Under the pieces are notes generated by a model, which was not told the DNA's origin, searched no databases, and was given only the letters and a program-made list of their open reading frames with translations. The position numbers and the translations under genes are program-made. A stretch of DNA of 64,000 nucleotides, taken from Lama glama (Eukaryota). Below are positions 49,250 to 62,064 of this stretch, in pieces. The stretch is taken from contig CM052817.1 of NCBI GenBank assembly GCA_028534125.1, positions 93,188,001 to 93,252,000 on the forward strand, written 5' to 3'. Within the stretch, counting starts at the first letter, position 1, and each line of letters begins with the position of its first letter.

Positions 49250-52200
49250 TAAAACCATCAAATGCTATGTTTCCCATATACTGGGTGACACCTGACTTAA
49301 ATTAAAAATATGGTATTTAGGAACTAATGACTATGTCTGCCTTGATACCTTTGTAAACTAATATGTTATTCAAAGTATAATTCTTTAAAAAGTTAAAATC
49401 ATGAATCACATAAATATACAGTGAGAACAAGTCAAATATGCCTAACTTATTAATGAGGGAAACAGCAGAACAATCCAGCTACATTAAGAAGCATCAAAGA
49501 GATTTATACAGTCAACTTAGCATGGCATGCTGAAAAAACTTGAAGTCAGACACAAAACCGGTTAATATCTTACAGGGCAATAAAATAGTAACCTTTTCTA
49601 TCAGACAGCAATCATTTGCATCTTCAACAGACAAACTCTGACAACAAACAGATAAAACCTCTGCTTCAAACCTTGTTAAAGTAAACATATAATCGCACAG
49701 GCCTTGTCACGAGTTAAGTAAAGAATCAACTTAAGCAGATCATATAGAGAAAAAATTGAGGGATGGGTCTATTAGACAATGCTCCACTATGACCTTGAAA
49801 AGGCATGCAGTCATGCTTTTTCCTTATTTAAAAACTTTCTGGTAGCTTTTCGTAGACTTTCCTTGTGATCATAAATAATCATCAGAGATTATATTGTTTA
49901 TCACGAAAAGGCTCATCCCCTGTTCCATTTATTAAATTCAGCAATTAACATATGGACATGTCCTTTCTGAATGGTCCTCTAATCTGGAGTTTTACAAAGC
50001 TAGAAGAACTCTAAGCCCATAGAATTAAATTCTGTGTGGAGATTTCACTAAGAATATAAGAAAGTACTTTTTAAAGCTTCCATTATTCACTCTTCTTTCT
50101 CAAGGTACAAACCAAACACAAGAGATTTATCTCCACCAAGTTTTGCTTGCAGTATATGTAATGATGCTGAATTCCTCTCTCTTTGAGACCTTCAAAATCT
50201 GCTGAGGTTCCTGGACTCTCAGGGCCTTCCTGAATATCTGTAAGGCAAGGATCCTATTTTTAGGCCAGTATCCTGGAAGAGCTATGTAGACATTCGTCAC
50301 ATAAAAGGTACAACCCCTTTTCCTTACTTGTGAGCTTTTTATATGTGAAAGAAGAAGATTTAGTCTCAAATATGACACTTCATCCATACCTTTGGTTGTA
50401 AAATTGATTTGCCTAATTATATTCTGGTTAAAAAGAAAAAGAATCGTAGTTAACCTATGTAAATATTTATATTGCTATGAAAAGGAGAGACTCAGTGTCT
50501 AGTCTTGTCCACTGATGGATCAGTGAGAAAAAGATAGCATTTTTTAAAAGTATCATTTCGATTTGCAAAACCATATTTCACTGAGAAATAGAGATGGCTT
50601 GCTCATGTATCCATCAGAAAACAGTGTATTAAAAAATATTGCTAACAATATTCTGAAGTAAATAACCACAATTAAATTTTCCAGTTTATTCAGTCTTACT
50701 TAATCATTTGTTTTCCCGTTGGATCTTGGTCAGCAGTCTGCTTTCATGAAGCTGTACGCTTCTTGATTAAAAAGAGCTCTGAAAATCTTGAATTTGTTCC
50801 CTGCCTAAATGATGTTGGCTTAGAAGCCTGCACTCAGAAGTCTTTCCCTCAAAGTATCAGTAACTAATATCATCTTTCTCTGAGGCCCAAAGAACATACT
50901 TCTTTTCTGAGGATCCTATTTCTAGACTGCAGTTTATAATGAGCCTTTAGACAAACACTGTTGATAAGACCAAATGACAGTGATTAATTTATTAGACTAG
51001 AATATTATGAGATTCAATGGGAATAACATTCTCTGTTGGGTCATAATACATAATGATATTTTAAGGGTGGATTTGATCCCGGTTTCCCCTATGGGTCAAA
51101 CATACAATGAAGTCTAAGGGCCTCAATCCTGGAGCCTTCTAATTCTTCCTATAATGTGGATAACCTCTGAAACATATTTGTATTAATAGTATTTTCCTGT
51201 ACAAAACTAACTTAAGGTAGCATAGTTTCTCCTGATTTGATACCTCTTCCCAAGCAGCTCTAACAATAGTATTAAGAACTAAGAAAAGTTGAGCACATCA
51301 AACAACCTAATTATTACCAGTATCCCTCCTTTAATAAGATGAAAGAAGAATCTTCACAGGGAGCCAGGGACCTCTGGAAAACCCCAAACATTACTTAGGT
51401 ATTTAAAAAATCTTGAAAAAAATATTTTTCTCAATCTGATTTTAGAAGAGCAAAATCAAAAGCATTATCAGAGAAGATTATACCCTGGATTAAGACAGGG
51501 ACATGAGTGCCTAAAAAAAATGGTTATCGCCTGGCTACCTATTAATCACAATGTCAAAAAAATTTTTTAAACATCTATAGCAAAACGTAACCTAATTGTA
51601 AGATACTTTCACTCTTTTGGAAGCAATTTTTGTTTTTTGTTTTTTGTTTTTTTAAACAAATAATCAAGGGCGTTACAAAGACAGCAGAACAAACAAAAAT
51701 TATGCTGATGAGATACAGATTCTCTGCTGTCTGAGAATTACACAAAAACTAAAGAGTAACCCTTTGTTATTTCTTGTTAAGAAGAGCTGAATATTTCAAG
51801 TTCAATTTTAGCAGAAAGAATATTTGAATTCTGATATTGCATTAATAGAATATTTGACAGTAAGGAACTAACAAACCTTCTTCTCCTCTTGTGAATAAAT
51901 CCATCAAAACACATTTCATTGCTTCTTTTTAGACACATCTTTTGGGTATTATAACCCAAGTCAAGGAAAATTTACTTTCCTTAAACCTTCTATAACTCGC
52001 TATAGCCACTCAAATCTTGTCAGCCCCTATATTCTTTCAAATTCTTGAATGATCTGACCCTTTATTTTAGGACAAAACTATTCTCTAGTTCCTTTAAAAA
52101 AATACATTCTATCTATCTTGTATACACAAGTTGTATTTATTTTCTATTATTTTTCTGCATAGTCTCATCCAGCCATGTTAATTACCTCTTTTAACCGAAG

Positions 52201-52430
52201 TACCAAGCTGTGCTTCACAGCAAAAAATAAGAGGTATGTAATTGAGAATGGACTTTTATAAGCATTTTGCCAGACCAGAGAAGCTCATGAGTATACATTA
52301 TACAACCTCTAAAATCACATTCTTTTACAGTCTTTCAGTAGCAAAAATAAAGATGTTCATTAACACTTCTCAAAGGTAGAGACATTCAGTACCATTTTTA
52401 AATGAAAATTATCTTTGATGACCAGATTTT
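49250..52430 (-). mobile_element. ERV1 (MER4-group) non-coding internal sequence remnant
   Basis: AT-rich block with motifs recalled from MER4-group internals ('ttcaaaatctgctgaggttcctgg', 'tcttcacagggagccagggacctctggaaaacccc'); no gag/pol ORFs; boundaries uncertain. Confidence 0.6.
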
Positions 52431-52439
52431 CAGTGTTCT

Positions 52440-52865
52440 ATGTTACTTATAATCTATGCTTACAAGGATTTGTGATGAACACCTGCTCTCCTTCTGAGTG
52501 TCTGGGATTTTGGTAATTGTGGCTGGTAGTGCAGGTAGAAAGTGTTTGTGTGACCAGCTTCCAATAAAAACCCTCTGCTATCTCTTGGAAGCAGGCTTCC
52601 CTACCCAGAAAGACTTCATATACATGTCCTCAGTTTACTGCTGAAGAAAGAATCGTGTTCTGTGCAACTCTGGCCAGGAAGAGCTTTGGAACTTGTGTCT
52701 GGATCTCTCCAGACCCCATTGGATGAGTCTTTTATACTGGCTGGTTCTGTTTTGAGTCGCTTCCCTGTAACAAACCATAGCCATGGGTATAATTAAGGCC
52801 CTCAGAGTCCGATGAGTCCTAGTGAATCACTGAACACATGAGTGGTCTAGGGACACTCAAACACA
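52440..52865 (+). mobile_element. MER21/MER68/MER77-group LTR
   Basis: 'gaacacctgctctccttctg...gattttggta...tgtgaccagcttccaataaaaaccct...ccatagccatgggtataa...tagtgaatcactgaac...gtggtctagggacactcaaacaca'; homologous to 35643-36720. Confidence 0.8.
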
Positions 52866-55759
52866 TACAAACCAAAGACTTCAATCCAGAGTTCCTGCAG
52901 TCGCTCACTCTTAGAGAACAGATGCCCAACATCTCAGTGGAGATCACAAAACTGGATTCCTAAATAGTGTCACCAATTCTTGGGAATAACTTATTGACTT
53001 TTTGCAAACCAGAAGCAGAACCAAAGTTTACCATAAACCAGAAATGAAAACAAAACAGTGCAGGAGAAAACAGGTCAGCAAAGCTAAGTTTCTATCGCCA
53101 CTTTTAATTCACTCTGGATGAGCAAACTAAGGTACAGATAGATAAAGCTGCCTGAAGGATCACCTAAAAACAAGTTTATATAATTAATGGAGTAGGGCAT
53201 GCTGAAATAAGTATTTCAAGAGTGAAAGAAAATTGGTTAATGCCCTACAGGATAATAAAACCATAATCTATGGAGGTACTTTTCTAACTGACAAAAATCA
53301 TTTATTTATGTCTCTTCCAGACAAAAGTTAACATGTATTTCACAGAATCTGGGTATTTATCAATGACTCAAACAAAGATGCATCCCTAGAAATATATGTA
53401 ATTCTTAAGAATCTATTAGGCAATGTTCCAGCATGGCATTACAAAGAAATGTAGTCATCCTTTTGCTCTATTTTGACGTTTTTGATAATTTCTTATCAAA
53501 GTGATAAAAAAAAGTCTACTGGTAATAAACAGTTGTATACTTTATAGGATCCTAAAGGATATACGTGGTTATAGCTGGAAAAGAGATTTGAATCAGAAAT
53601 AAAACTTACTTATGCAATCTTAATTCAAACATTGATAACTTATGACAAAAGACCATTTGATTCATCCCACTGAATTCATCATGTCTATGAAAGGGTGGGG
53701 CTATGTTGATACTGTGCCAACACCAGGATAAAATAATGAGGAATGTATCTTTCAGGAAGGACATATCACACTGTGTTCCCTCTAATCAAACCGGTGGAAT
53801 TGATTTGTGCTTCTCTGAGGTATGCAGTATCATGGAAAAGGTTTCTCCCTTACGATAAGAACTGCAGCTTTACAAAACTTCCTGTCTGTGAATAAATAGA
53901 GATAGTTACTATGTACTACTCACAACTGAGACTGTAGTCTGCAATACCTATGTCAGGCTGCCATGTGATTCCTCAAAAATAAAAATAACTTTCCGTAGGT
54001 ACATGCTAGCTGAGATCAAGCTGGATGGCCCAGAAGGAAGGAGGGGTTAATGAATAGTTTTGACAAAAAACAAGGGCTATGTACTAACGCATTGTGGAAG
54101 AAAACTTGGTAAAAAATAAATAGACTTATCTAATATTTATGACCCTATTTCGTGACATCTCCAGAAACTGAATTGAAGTCTGATAAACTAAAATAAGAGC
54201 TGTTTGCCTTTCATTGCACCAGATGACAGAGAATCCTGCCTGTGAAATGAAGGGTTCATTACGCTGAGCTACCTACGTCCTGCAAGGAGATTGATACTAC
54301 TCTTGTTACTTTCTGCACCTATTTAAGGACTAGTATCACCTTCCACATTTCACAGATGAGCGCTGAATATTTCTCAGAAAACCTTTACATTGGTAATGAT
54401 TAGAGTCTGCTTTTCTCATAACTCTCATACATAGAATCAGGCCAACACATTTGAAAGAGCAGCACAGACAATTACAAATCCAAGTCCTGACTGGCAGAAC
54501 GCTAATAGGAAAGAAATATTTGGCAGAAATCCCAAAGTCAAGAGATGAGCAAAAAAACTAAAATTGAGGACAAATAATGATTTTTGTTTTAATCTCAAAT
54601 GATGAAAAGCTTGCTTGAATCTTTAAAAATAGCTTGCAATTTGCAATTCAGATTTTTTTTCTTGCTCTTAAGTATGCAATAAGGAAAAGAACAGTTAAGT
54701 CACTGTTGTGACCTTTGAAAAGGGCTTATAGTTTTCTGGGAGCTGCTATGGCTGGTTAATAGAAATGAGACAAGTCGCTAAAATGCTCAAATCACATTAT
54801 AAGGAAAAGAAAGTATAACCTGAAAACCTTGAACTTCTCTGGACTTTAGGGGACTTTCCCTCCCTCCATTACCAGGGAACAGAATGACAAACTGTGTGCC
54901 ATATGGAGAACACAGACTCTTCTCTAGCTGGTTCTCTTGTTCTGGCTCTTTCTGTAAGCTTCTCCAGTGATCACTCCAGGGGTGTCGTACCTGAAACTCT
55001 CGGCAGTGGTTCTCTTTCTGCAAAGATGACTCCACTGGGGGAATGACTCCCACATTAATTTCACCCAAACGGCTTAATAATAATAATAATGGACTCAATT
55101 ACATAGAAAATTTAAAACTGGATACAAGTAGTAGTATTTCCATAACCTCATACCAACACGCATTCTTAGAGTACTCTTTCCTGAGTCTTTTTTCTCAGAC
55201 CTCAACTTGTGAGTTTCCATCTTAACTAAAAACTAGGAGAGCAGTAACAACAAGAATGAAGCCCTTTTTCAATAGCTCTTAATCCAAAGCCTCAGATAGT
55301 TTCCTGTGGCCCTAGGCCAAGATATAAAAATATTAATATTAACCTCCTTAATCTGTTCCAACATGTCGCATGCCTGTGACATTAAATAACTCAGTTTGAA
55401 GCACAGTATTTGCATTATTTTGCTGGGCTCACAACTTTTAAGTATCTTAGTCTAATGCTCCGTCTTTTTGTTATTTTGCCAGTACAGAATTTTCCCAAGA
55501 AAATGTTTTTTCAATGTAGTTCCTTCCAATACAAAGCATAAACTTTTATCTCATCCCTGAAGTGCTGAAACTGTCTGTGATCCCTGAAGTCACAACCTCT
55601 ATAGCTTCACTAATTTTAATATTGAAGATCACTTCCAAAAATCAGTGGAACGTTCTGTGCAAACAGGCACTCAAGTCTTTATGATGCGAAAGGGAAAAGA
55701 GGGTTGCTCTCAAATTTCTAATGGCCATTTTAGTAAATGACTATTATTCAAAGTTTTTT

Positions 55760-56804
55760 TTAATGAAAAGTCAAGCCACAGATTGGCAGAAAATACTTGG
55801 AAATTACATATCCAACAAAGAACTAATATCTAGAATATGATCTGAATATCTAGACTATGACAAGTCAACAGTGAAAACTCAAATAATTCAGTTAAAAATA
55901 GAGCGAAAGTCATGAAGATTCATTTCACTGCAGAGGACAAACATGACAAATAAGCACATGAGAAGTTGTTCACTATCATCAGCCACTGGGGAAATGCAAG
56001 AGAAAACCACAATGAGAATCACCAAACACCGATCAGAATGGCTGAAACAGGAGCAATGACAACACCAAATGCTGGTGAGGATGGGGAGAAACTGGGTCCC
56101 TCACACCTTATTGGTGGGAGTATAAAATGGCATAACTTTGAAAAATATTTTGGCAGTTTCCTAAAAAAAAAAAAAAAACAACAAATATACAATTACCATA
56201 TAATCTAGAAATTGTACTTAAGGGCATTTATCTGAGAAAAATGGAAACATACTCATGCAAAAACCTGTCCATGATGTTTATAACAGCTTTATTTGTAATA
56301 GCTAAAAACTGCAAATAACCAGATGTCCTTCAATGGGTAAATGGTTAAACAAAAACTGTGAAATATCCAAACCATGGAATTTACTCAGAAATAAAAGGGA
56401 ATGAACTATCAATACATGCAACTATCTGGATCAATTTCCAAAGAATTATGATGAATGAAAAAAAAAAGACCAATCCTAAAAAGCTGCATTCTGCATGATT
56501 CCACTGAGCTTTTTTTTTTTGACATGGGGAGGTAGTTAGGTTTATTTATTTATTTTTGGAGGAGGTGCTGGGGATTGCATCCAGGACCTCGTGCATGCTA
56601 AGCATGCGCTCTACAGCTTGAGCTACACCCTCCCCCGCAAATCTAACATTCTTAAAACTACAAAATTATAGAAAAGGAAAGGAGATTGGTGGTTACCAGG
56701 AATTAAGTAAGGAGAGGGTGGAAGTGGGAGGGAACTGGATGTAGCTATAATAGGGCAACTTGAGGGATTTTTGTGCTGGTGGACATACTCTTTTCTGTAA
56801 TTGT
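55760..56804 (+). mobile_element. Old L1 (L1MB/L1MC/L1MD-type) ORF2 end and 3' UTR
   Basis: 'caagccacagattggcagaaaata...aataagcacatgagaag...caaatgctggtgaggatg...ccagatgtccttcaatgggtaaatggttaaacaaa'. Confidence 0.9.
56510..56636 (-). mobile_element. tRNA-Ala-derived camelid SINE (vic-1 type)
   Basis: Reverse complement gggggagggtgtagctcaagctgtagagcgcatgcttagcatgcacgaggtcctggatgcaatccccagcacctcc, then (taaa)n, 'cctaactacctcccc' and poly(A). Confidence 0.92.
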
Positions 56805-57818
56805 TGTTGGTGGATCCAACAGGTGTTCCAGGTTCTTGTCCCGTCCCAGAAAGAATTCAGAGACAAGACGTAGAGGTTAAGAAAGTAAAGTGAGGATTTA
56901 TTAAAGGATGGATAGTACACTCTCAAGGGGAGAGTGGGCAGGCTCAGGTGAGTGGCTGCCCTGAGTTTCTTTGGCAAGTTAGCTACATAGGGTGTAAAAA
57001 TGAATGGGCAGAATATTCATTGGGGAGGGAAGGGNNNNNNNNNNNNNNNNNNNNNNNNNNNNNNNNNNNNNNNNNNNNNNNNNNNNNNNNNNNNNNNNNN
57101 NNNNNNNNNNNNNNNNNNNNNNNNNNNNNNNNNNNNNNNNNNNNNNNNNNNNNNNNNNNNNNNNNNNNNNNNNNNNNNNNNNNNNNNNNNNNNNNNNNNN
57201 NNNNNNNNNNNNNNNNNNNNNNNNNNNNNNNNNNNNNNNNNNNNNNNNNNNNNNNNNNNNNNNNNNNNNNNNNNNNNNNNNNNNNNNNNNNNNNNNNNNN
57301 NNNNNNNNNNNNNNNNNNNNNNNNNNNNNNNNNNNNNNNNNNNNNNNNNNNNNNNNNNNNNNNNNNNNNNNNNNNNNNNNNNNNNNNNNNNNNNNNNNNN
57401 NNNNNNNNNNNNNNNNNNNNNNNNNNNNNNNNNNNNNNNNNNNNNNNNNNNNNNNNNNNNNNNNNNNNNNNNNNNNNNNNNNNNNNNNNNNNNNNNNNNN
57501 NNNNNNNNNNNNNNNNNNNNNNNNNNNNNNNNNNCTCGTAAGCACTCAGGGTGTGGTCTTCTTGGTAATTCAGGCTATTTTGTAAGGTTACAGTCCTGTG
57601 GCCTTCTCCTTAGAGAAGGACTCAGAGACCAAGCCTGATTATTACTTTCAATGACTGGAATAAAGTAGAAAGAGTAAGATCAATAGCTTCAGTTTTAACA
57701 GTGGGCCTGGAACTGTGAGTAGCAACTGCTCAGTCAGGTCAGTTGACCATTTTAAGGGCAACCATAAGAATGAGCAATCTGTTAGCCTAAGTGTGGCCAT
57801 TTTATTAATCTTCCTTCA
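56805..57818 (-). mobile_element. ERV1-type LTR sequence on both sides of the second gap
   Basis: Left part 'tgttggtggatcc...aggttcttgtcc...aaagaattca...gatttattaaag...tacactctcaagggg' is an antisense U5/R; right part ends 'ttccttca' before L1 resumes; right boundary tentative. Confidence 0.7.
57035..57534. other. Assembly gap (500 N)
   Basis: Run of exactly 500 N. Confidence 1.
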
Positions 57819-58610
57819 ATTATCCAATGATAAAAATTTTCATGAAGTAAGCTCTTACAATTTAAAACATGTATGCACCAAATTTTAAAAAGCCTAGAAT
57901 ATAGTTAAGGGAGAAGTTGATAAATCCACCATCATAGATTTCAACATGTTGCTCTCAATTGATAGATAAACCACAAAACTAATCAGGAAGTATACAGATC
58001 TGAACAAGGTACTTCACAAATTTAAACCTAGTGTACATAAGTACATTTTGCAGCCAGCAATTAAAGAATACATATACTTCTTAAGTGTATATAGAAGGTT
58101 TATTACGACATTGTATCATAAAGGAAATGAACACAATACATTTCAAAGATACCACAGATATTACACAGATCATGAACTCTAATGACAATCTAATTCAGTT
58201 AGAAGTTATTTTTTAAAAGGTGAAAGAAAAAAGGTCCCATGTATTTGAATTTTTTTCAAAAAAAGCACTACACAATTCATGTTGTATAAATTAAAATTTA
58301 AAAGAAGTACATAATTCCTAGGATTGTATGACAATAGAAGATAATGAAAAGCTTATAAAGCTAAACCTATGAGTTGTGGTCAAAGGAATACTTTGAGAGG
58401 GATTTACAGTCTTAAGTATTTGTATTAGAAAAGAAGATCTGTTTAAAATCAATTGTGCTAAGATTTATTTTTAAAATTTAGAAGATGGATACTAGAGTCA
58501 ACCAAAGAAAATTTTTTTAAAAGATGATAAAAATAAGAGTTGTGATTAATGAAAACAAAGGTACTATTTTAACTAGAATGTGATTATAAAGAAAACACGC
58601 CAAATAGAAA
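57819..58610 (+). mobile_element. Old L1 ORF2 endonuclease-region fragment
   Basis: 'acatgtatgcaccaaa' (N.YAPN), 'agggagaagttgataaatccaccatcata..gatttcaac' (GE.DKSTII.GDFN). Confidence 0.8.
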
Positions 58611-59287
58611 GAAACAATGGCTAAAGAGAAGGAAAGAGCGTTTCCCTCAACCTTTCTCTTGTTCAGGAAAGTTGACTTCACTTCTGCCTTCCTCTCAGTG
58701 TTAGCTCTGCCTTCTGCTCCCAGGGTCTGCTGTCACACCACCCTGTGACAAAGAGTGAAACCATGGGTGGTCAGAGGAAGCCACCCACAGAGCAGCCACA
58801 GAACCCCTGTGGGAATCACTCCTGTAAGGGTTTAATTTGCCCATGCACTGCCTCGTTTTTGCAGAGAAAAATGAAGTTTGGAGAAATCAGAAGCTATTAA
58901 ACACAGGTGCTCAAAAGGCATGTTGGTGCTGAGACTCTAGCAGAGGAGGTCGTGGTGCGCACTGTCCTCCTTCAGGTTTTGCCAGCAATCTACTCTCATC
59001 CCATCAGTGAGCAAGATTCTTAAACTCCTCAAAGAGCAGGCTTTCTTTTGTGGGAAATGAACAAAGATTTTAGCTTAGATTTCCATCTCTTTAATTTGCA
59101 TTAAATCTAAACCCTGGCAGACCTCCTTATTTTCCACCCAATTAACGTATTGCTTGGCTCAGGAGCTTTGACTTCACCCAGCACCCTGATTGTGATGATG
59201 TGAACGTTGGCTTCTATCGTTGTTCAAAAGTGTCCTGTTCTGTGCCGGATCCAAACGTCAGAAACAGTTTCACAACGTTGGGGGGAA

Positions 59288-59288
<1 letters not shown>

Positions 59289-59358
<70 letters not shown>
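59289..59358. repeat. Perfect (TG)35 microsatellite
   Basis: 70 bp of uninterrupted TG. Confidence 0.98.
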
Positions 59359-59361
<3 letters not shown>

Positions 59362-59424
59362 ACAAATGTATATATGTATATATTTAGGTACTTGTATATA
59401 TATAAGGATATATACATAAAATGG

Positions 59425-59755
59425 TGTGCTCTGACCCAGGAAGAGTGGTGACTGGAGCACCAGGAGTTAATTGTGGACTTCCATTCTATGAGTGAGCCCA
59501 CTCTAGTCTGCTGGAGGATGAGAGATCATGTGGACCAGCCCAGTTAGCCAGGTGTCTCAGCCTGGCCCCAGATGTACAGAGCCCAGTCCAGATCATCAAG
59601 GTGCTAGCATCCTGCAGCTAACTGGAAACAAATAAATGAGTCCAGCTGAGAGCAGCTGGAGCACCCAACTGACCCAAGAACTCATGAGGAGTAATAGGTG
59701 GGGATTGTTGTAAGGTTCTAAGTTTGGGGGTAATTGTCTGTGTAACAATTACATC
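59425..59755 (+). mobile_element. ERVL-MaLR LTR, MLT1H/I/J-like
   Basis: 'ctagtctgctggaggatgagagatcatgtgga...cccaactgaccca..actcatgag...ttgttgtaag...ctaagtttgggggtaattg'. Confidence 0.8.
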
Positions 59756-60694
59756 TTATACATCCACTAGATGCCAAATACTGGGAAATGTTAGAGATGC
59801 AAAGATGAATAAAGTATAATACTAACTCTCAACAACAGAAAACGTGGTTTCACAAGGGGAAAAGACAGCTAAATACAATTACAAAACACAATTGTGCAAG
59901 GCTAAAAATACGGTCTTTGTAAGCTTCATTTGTTCAAAAAACAATTTTGAAATATCTATTGATGTACTGGGCACTTGAGACATATCTGTAAGCAAATTAG
60001 ACAAAGATTCCTTCCCCAAAGACAATATTAAACAATAAATGTTATAAATAAACATATTCATAGGATGTTAGAAAGTGATAAGGTTTTGATTTGCATTTTC
60101 CTGATGGGTAGTGATGGTGAGCATTTTTTCATGTACTTCACTATTTGTTTATCGTTTGGGGAGAAATATCTATTCAGATCCTTTGCCCAACTTTTTAAGT
60201 CCCAATCTCTTAAACACTTCATTTGTTAGTGCCTGGATTCCTGCTAGGATCCCATCTGATAACATATCACAGGACCATCCAGACTTACAGAACATGCCCT
60301 ACTTCTAAGTACATAAATTTAGTGGAAGATTTAGGGCAAGCCACTTTGAGTTACTTGCGCAAACAAAAAGAAGAAAATCATTTCCATACCCCTACACTGA
60401 CCTCAGCAATTTCTTTTGAATTGAGGCTATGTGTCAACATGGTCTCTTATCTATTTTCCATTTGAATCATTCATTGCTAAACCATCCTGAAAACACAAGA
60501 CTCAATACCTCTCAGTTTAGGTTTGGGAAGTGGAATTCTAGGATTCCAATTTTGTCAATGCAGACTTTCCCAGCAAGCTTTAAAAAGCCCTGACAGTTCA
60601 AACATCTGAATAAAGCTATAGATGAGATTGAACATGGCATCTTCTGGTCAAAATAATTCAGACTTTGGTAAGACCAGCAGCTCCCAATAAAATT

Positions 60695-60895
60695 GAAGTT
60701 CAGAGCCACACAGAACTGGGTTTGAAAATTTACTCTGTTGTTTTTTGGCTACATGACTTTGGACAAGTTACTTGACCCACTTCAGCCTCAGTTTCCTCAT
60801 CTGCAAAATTAGGATAGTAGTGGTACTATACATAAAATGGTTGTGATGTGTAAGTAAAATAATGCAAACAAAACACTTGGAAAGAATGATGTTAA
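60695..60895 (+). mobile_element. MIR SINE
   Basis: 'tgactttggacaagttacttgacc...gcctcagtttcctcatctgcaaaat'. Confidence 0.92.
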
Positions 60896-61198
60896 GCAAC
60901 TTCTTCCCCACTGTTCTTGCACCACTGTGTCATATTAGTCTGGTTCTGAAAAACCTCTCTCGCCTTCAAAACGCTAAGTTCATGCCACCAGAATTTATGC
61001 AGTTATGGTTACAAAAGACACATTTTACCTATGGGATAGATGAATGCATTTGGTTATATGCTTTATTGTAAGAAATTATAAGATACATTGAGAGATTCAT
61101 TCCTTTTTCTTTTAACAACAGTAAATAAGGCAAAGTGTTAGGCGTCATAGAGCTTACATTCTAGTTGTGAAGACAGGCAATCTATCTATTTATAAAAT

Positions 61199-61921
61199 TG
61201 TAGGCTTCAAAATAAAATTGTGCTTAGGGGGTCTCTCTACCAACCAAAAACCTTCAGAAATAGCCTTGCCATTTACCTAAGATGTGGATTAGATCACGAG
61301 GCTGGGGAAAAGTGGTATCACATCCTCTGTTTATAATTGCGAGCATGTGAGTATTTCGTATTGACAGACTGCCAAGTGAAACAGAGGAGTTCTCTTTTTC
61401 ATTCATTCCCTGAGCTGGCGAATTATGAATATGAAGTAAGGGAACTGCCTTCTGATACTGTTGCTGTATCTCAAGGAAGCAAGAGAAAAAGCTCTGACCT
61501 TTGGGAACACAATGAATTTAAAGAAAACCAGTCCTCTAAGCATCCACCCTGAAAAGTACACTCTTACCTACACAGCCCGGAGAGGAGCTACACTCTTAAC
61601 TGAAGTAATCACCATGTCTACCTCTTGAAAATCACAGAACTATTCTTGGACTATGAAAGAGTCCAATTGTGCAAAGAGCTATAGAGGAAGCTACAAAGGC
61701 CTTTAGATTGGACCCTGTAAGTAGAGATATTTTTCCCTGAGTGCAATTGGAACATCAAATAAACACTTTTTAAGAACATAGGATGCTGGCAGTTGTGGAA
61801 TCTGCTGCTGCGTGCTCCTGTCTTTGAATTATCTATAATCACTTTAATAAAGTGAGTCAGTTTGAACTCACGAAGATACTTTATTCTTTCTTGCCAGTCC
61901 CTACTAAATTCACTCTGTGCA
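61199..61921 (+). mobile_element. Possible unclassified LTR
   Basis: Starts TGTAGG, AATAAA at 61846-61851 about 70 bp before a CA, LTR-like size; no TSD found and family not recognised. Confidence 0.3.
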
Positions 61922-62064
61922 ATAGTCTTTCCTGCCCCAGATTAAAACTCATGTAAATTCCATAGCTTTCCCAATGACTCCTGAATGATAAAAATCTCTC
62001 TCTCTCTTTTTTTTTCTCTTTTTCTAGGTACTAAAAGTCTCTTCAGGGTAGTTACTACAACCGA

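Noticed and set aside
53083..53100. Primer-binding site (minus strand TGGCGATAGAAAC...) for the ERV internal remnant
   Set aside because: Only the first few bases fit a tRNA 3' end and no LTR abuts it
54787..55098. 103-aa minus-strand ORF with Leu-rich N-terminus (signal-peptide-like)
   Set aside because: Leu run comes from a (TAA)n repeat, the start is not ATG, and there is no recognisable homology
55359..55376. p53 response element (AACATGTC-GCATGCCT)
   Set aside because: CATG cores are 3 bp apart instead of the canonical 6, and flanks mismatch
56948..57638. Long ORFs of 188-212 aa spanning the second gap
   Set aside because: Length comes from translating N as X
37478..59101. Isolated ATGCAAAT octamers (near 37478, 40559, 44348, 45685, 59094)
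   Set aside because: Expected by chance in AT-rich DNA; one lies inside L2 and none has supporting motif clustering
59200..59501. Cys-Val and His-Thr repeat ORFs (also at 31102-31576)
   Set aside because: Translations of TG/CA/TA microsatellites
61995..62050. Strong splice acceptor (long pyrimidine run, then TAG|G)
   Set aside because: The tract is a (CT)n/T simple repeat next to L2, with no convincing donor or reading frame downstream
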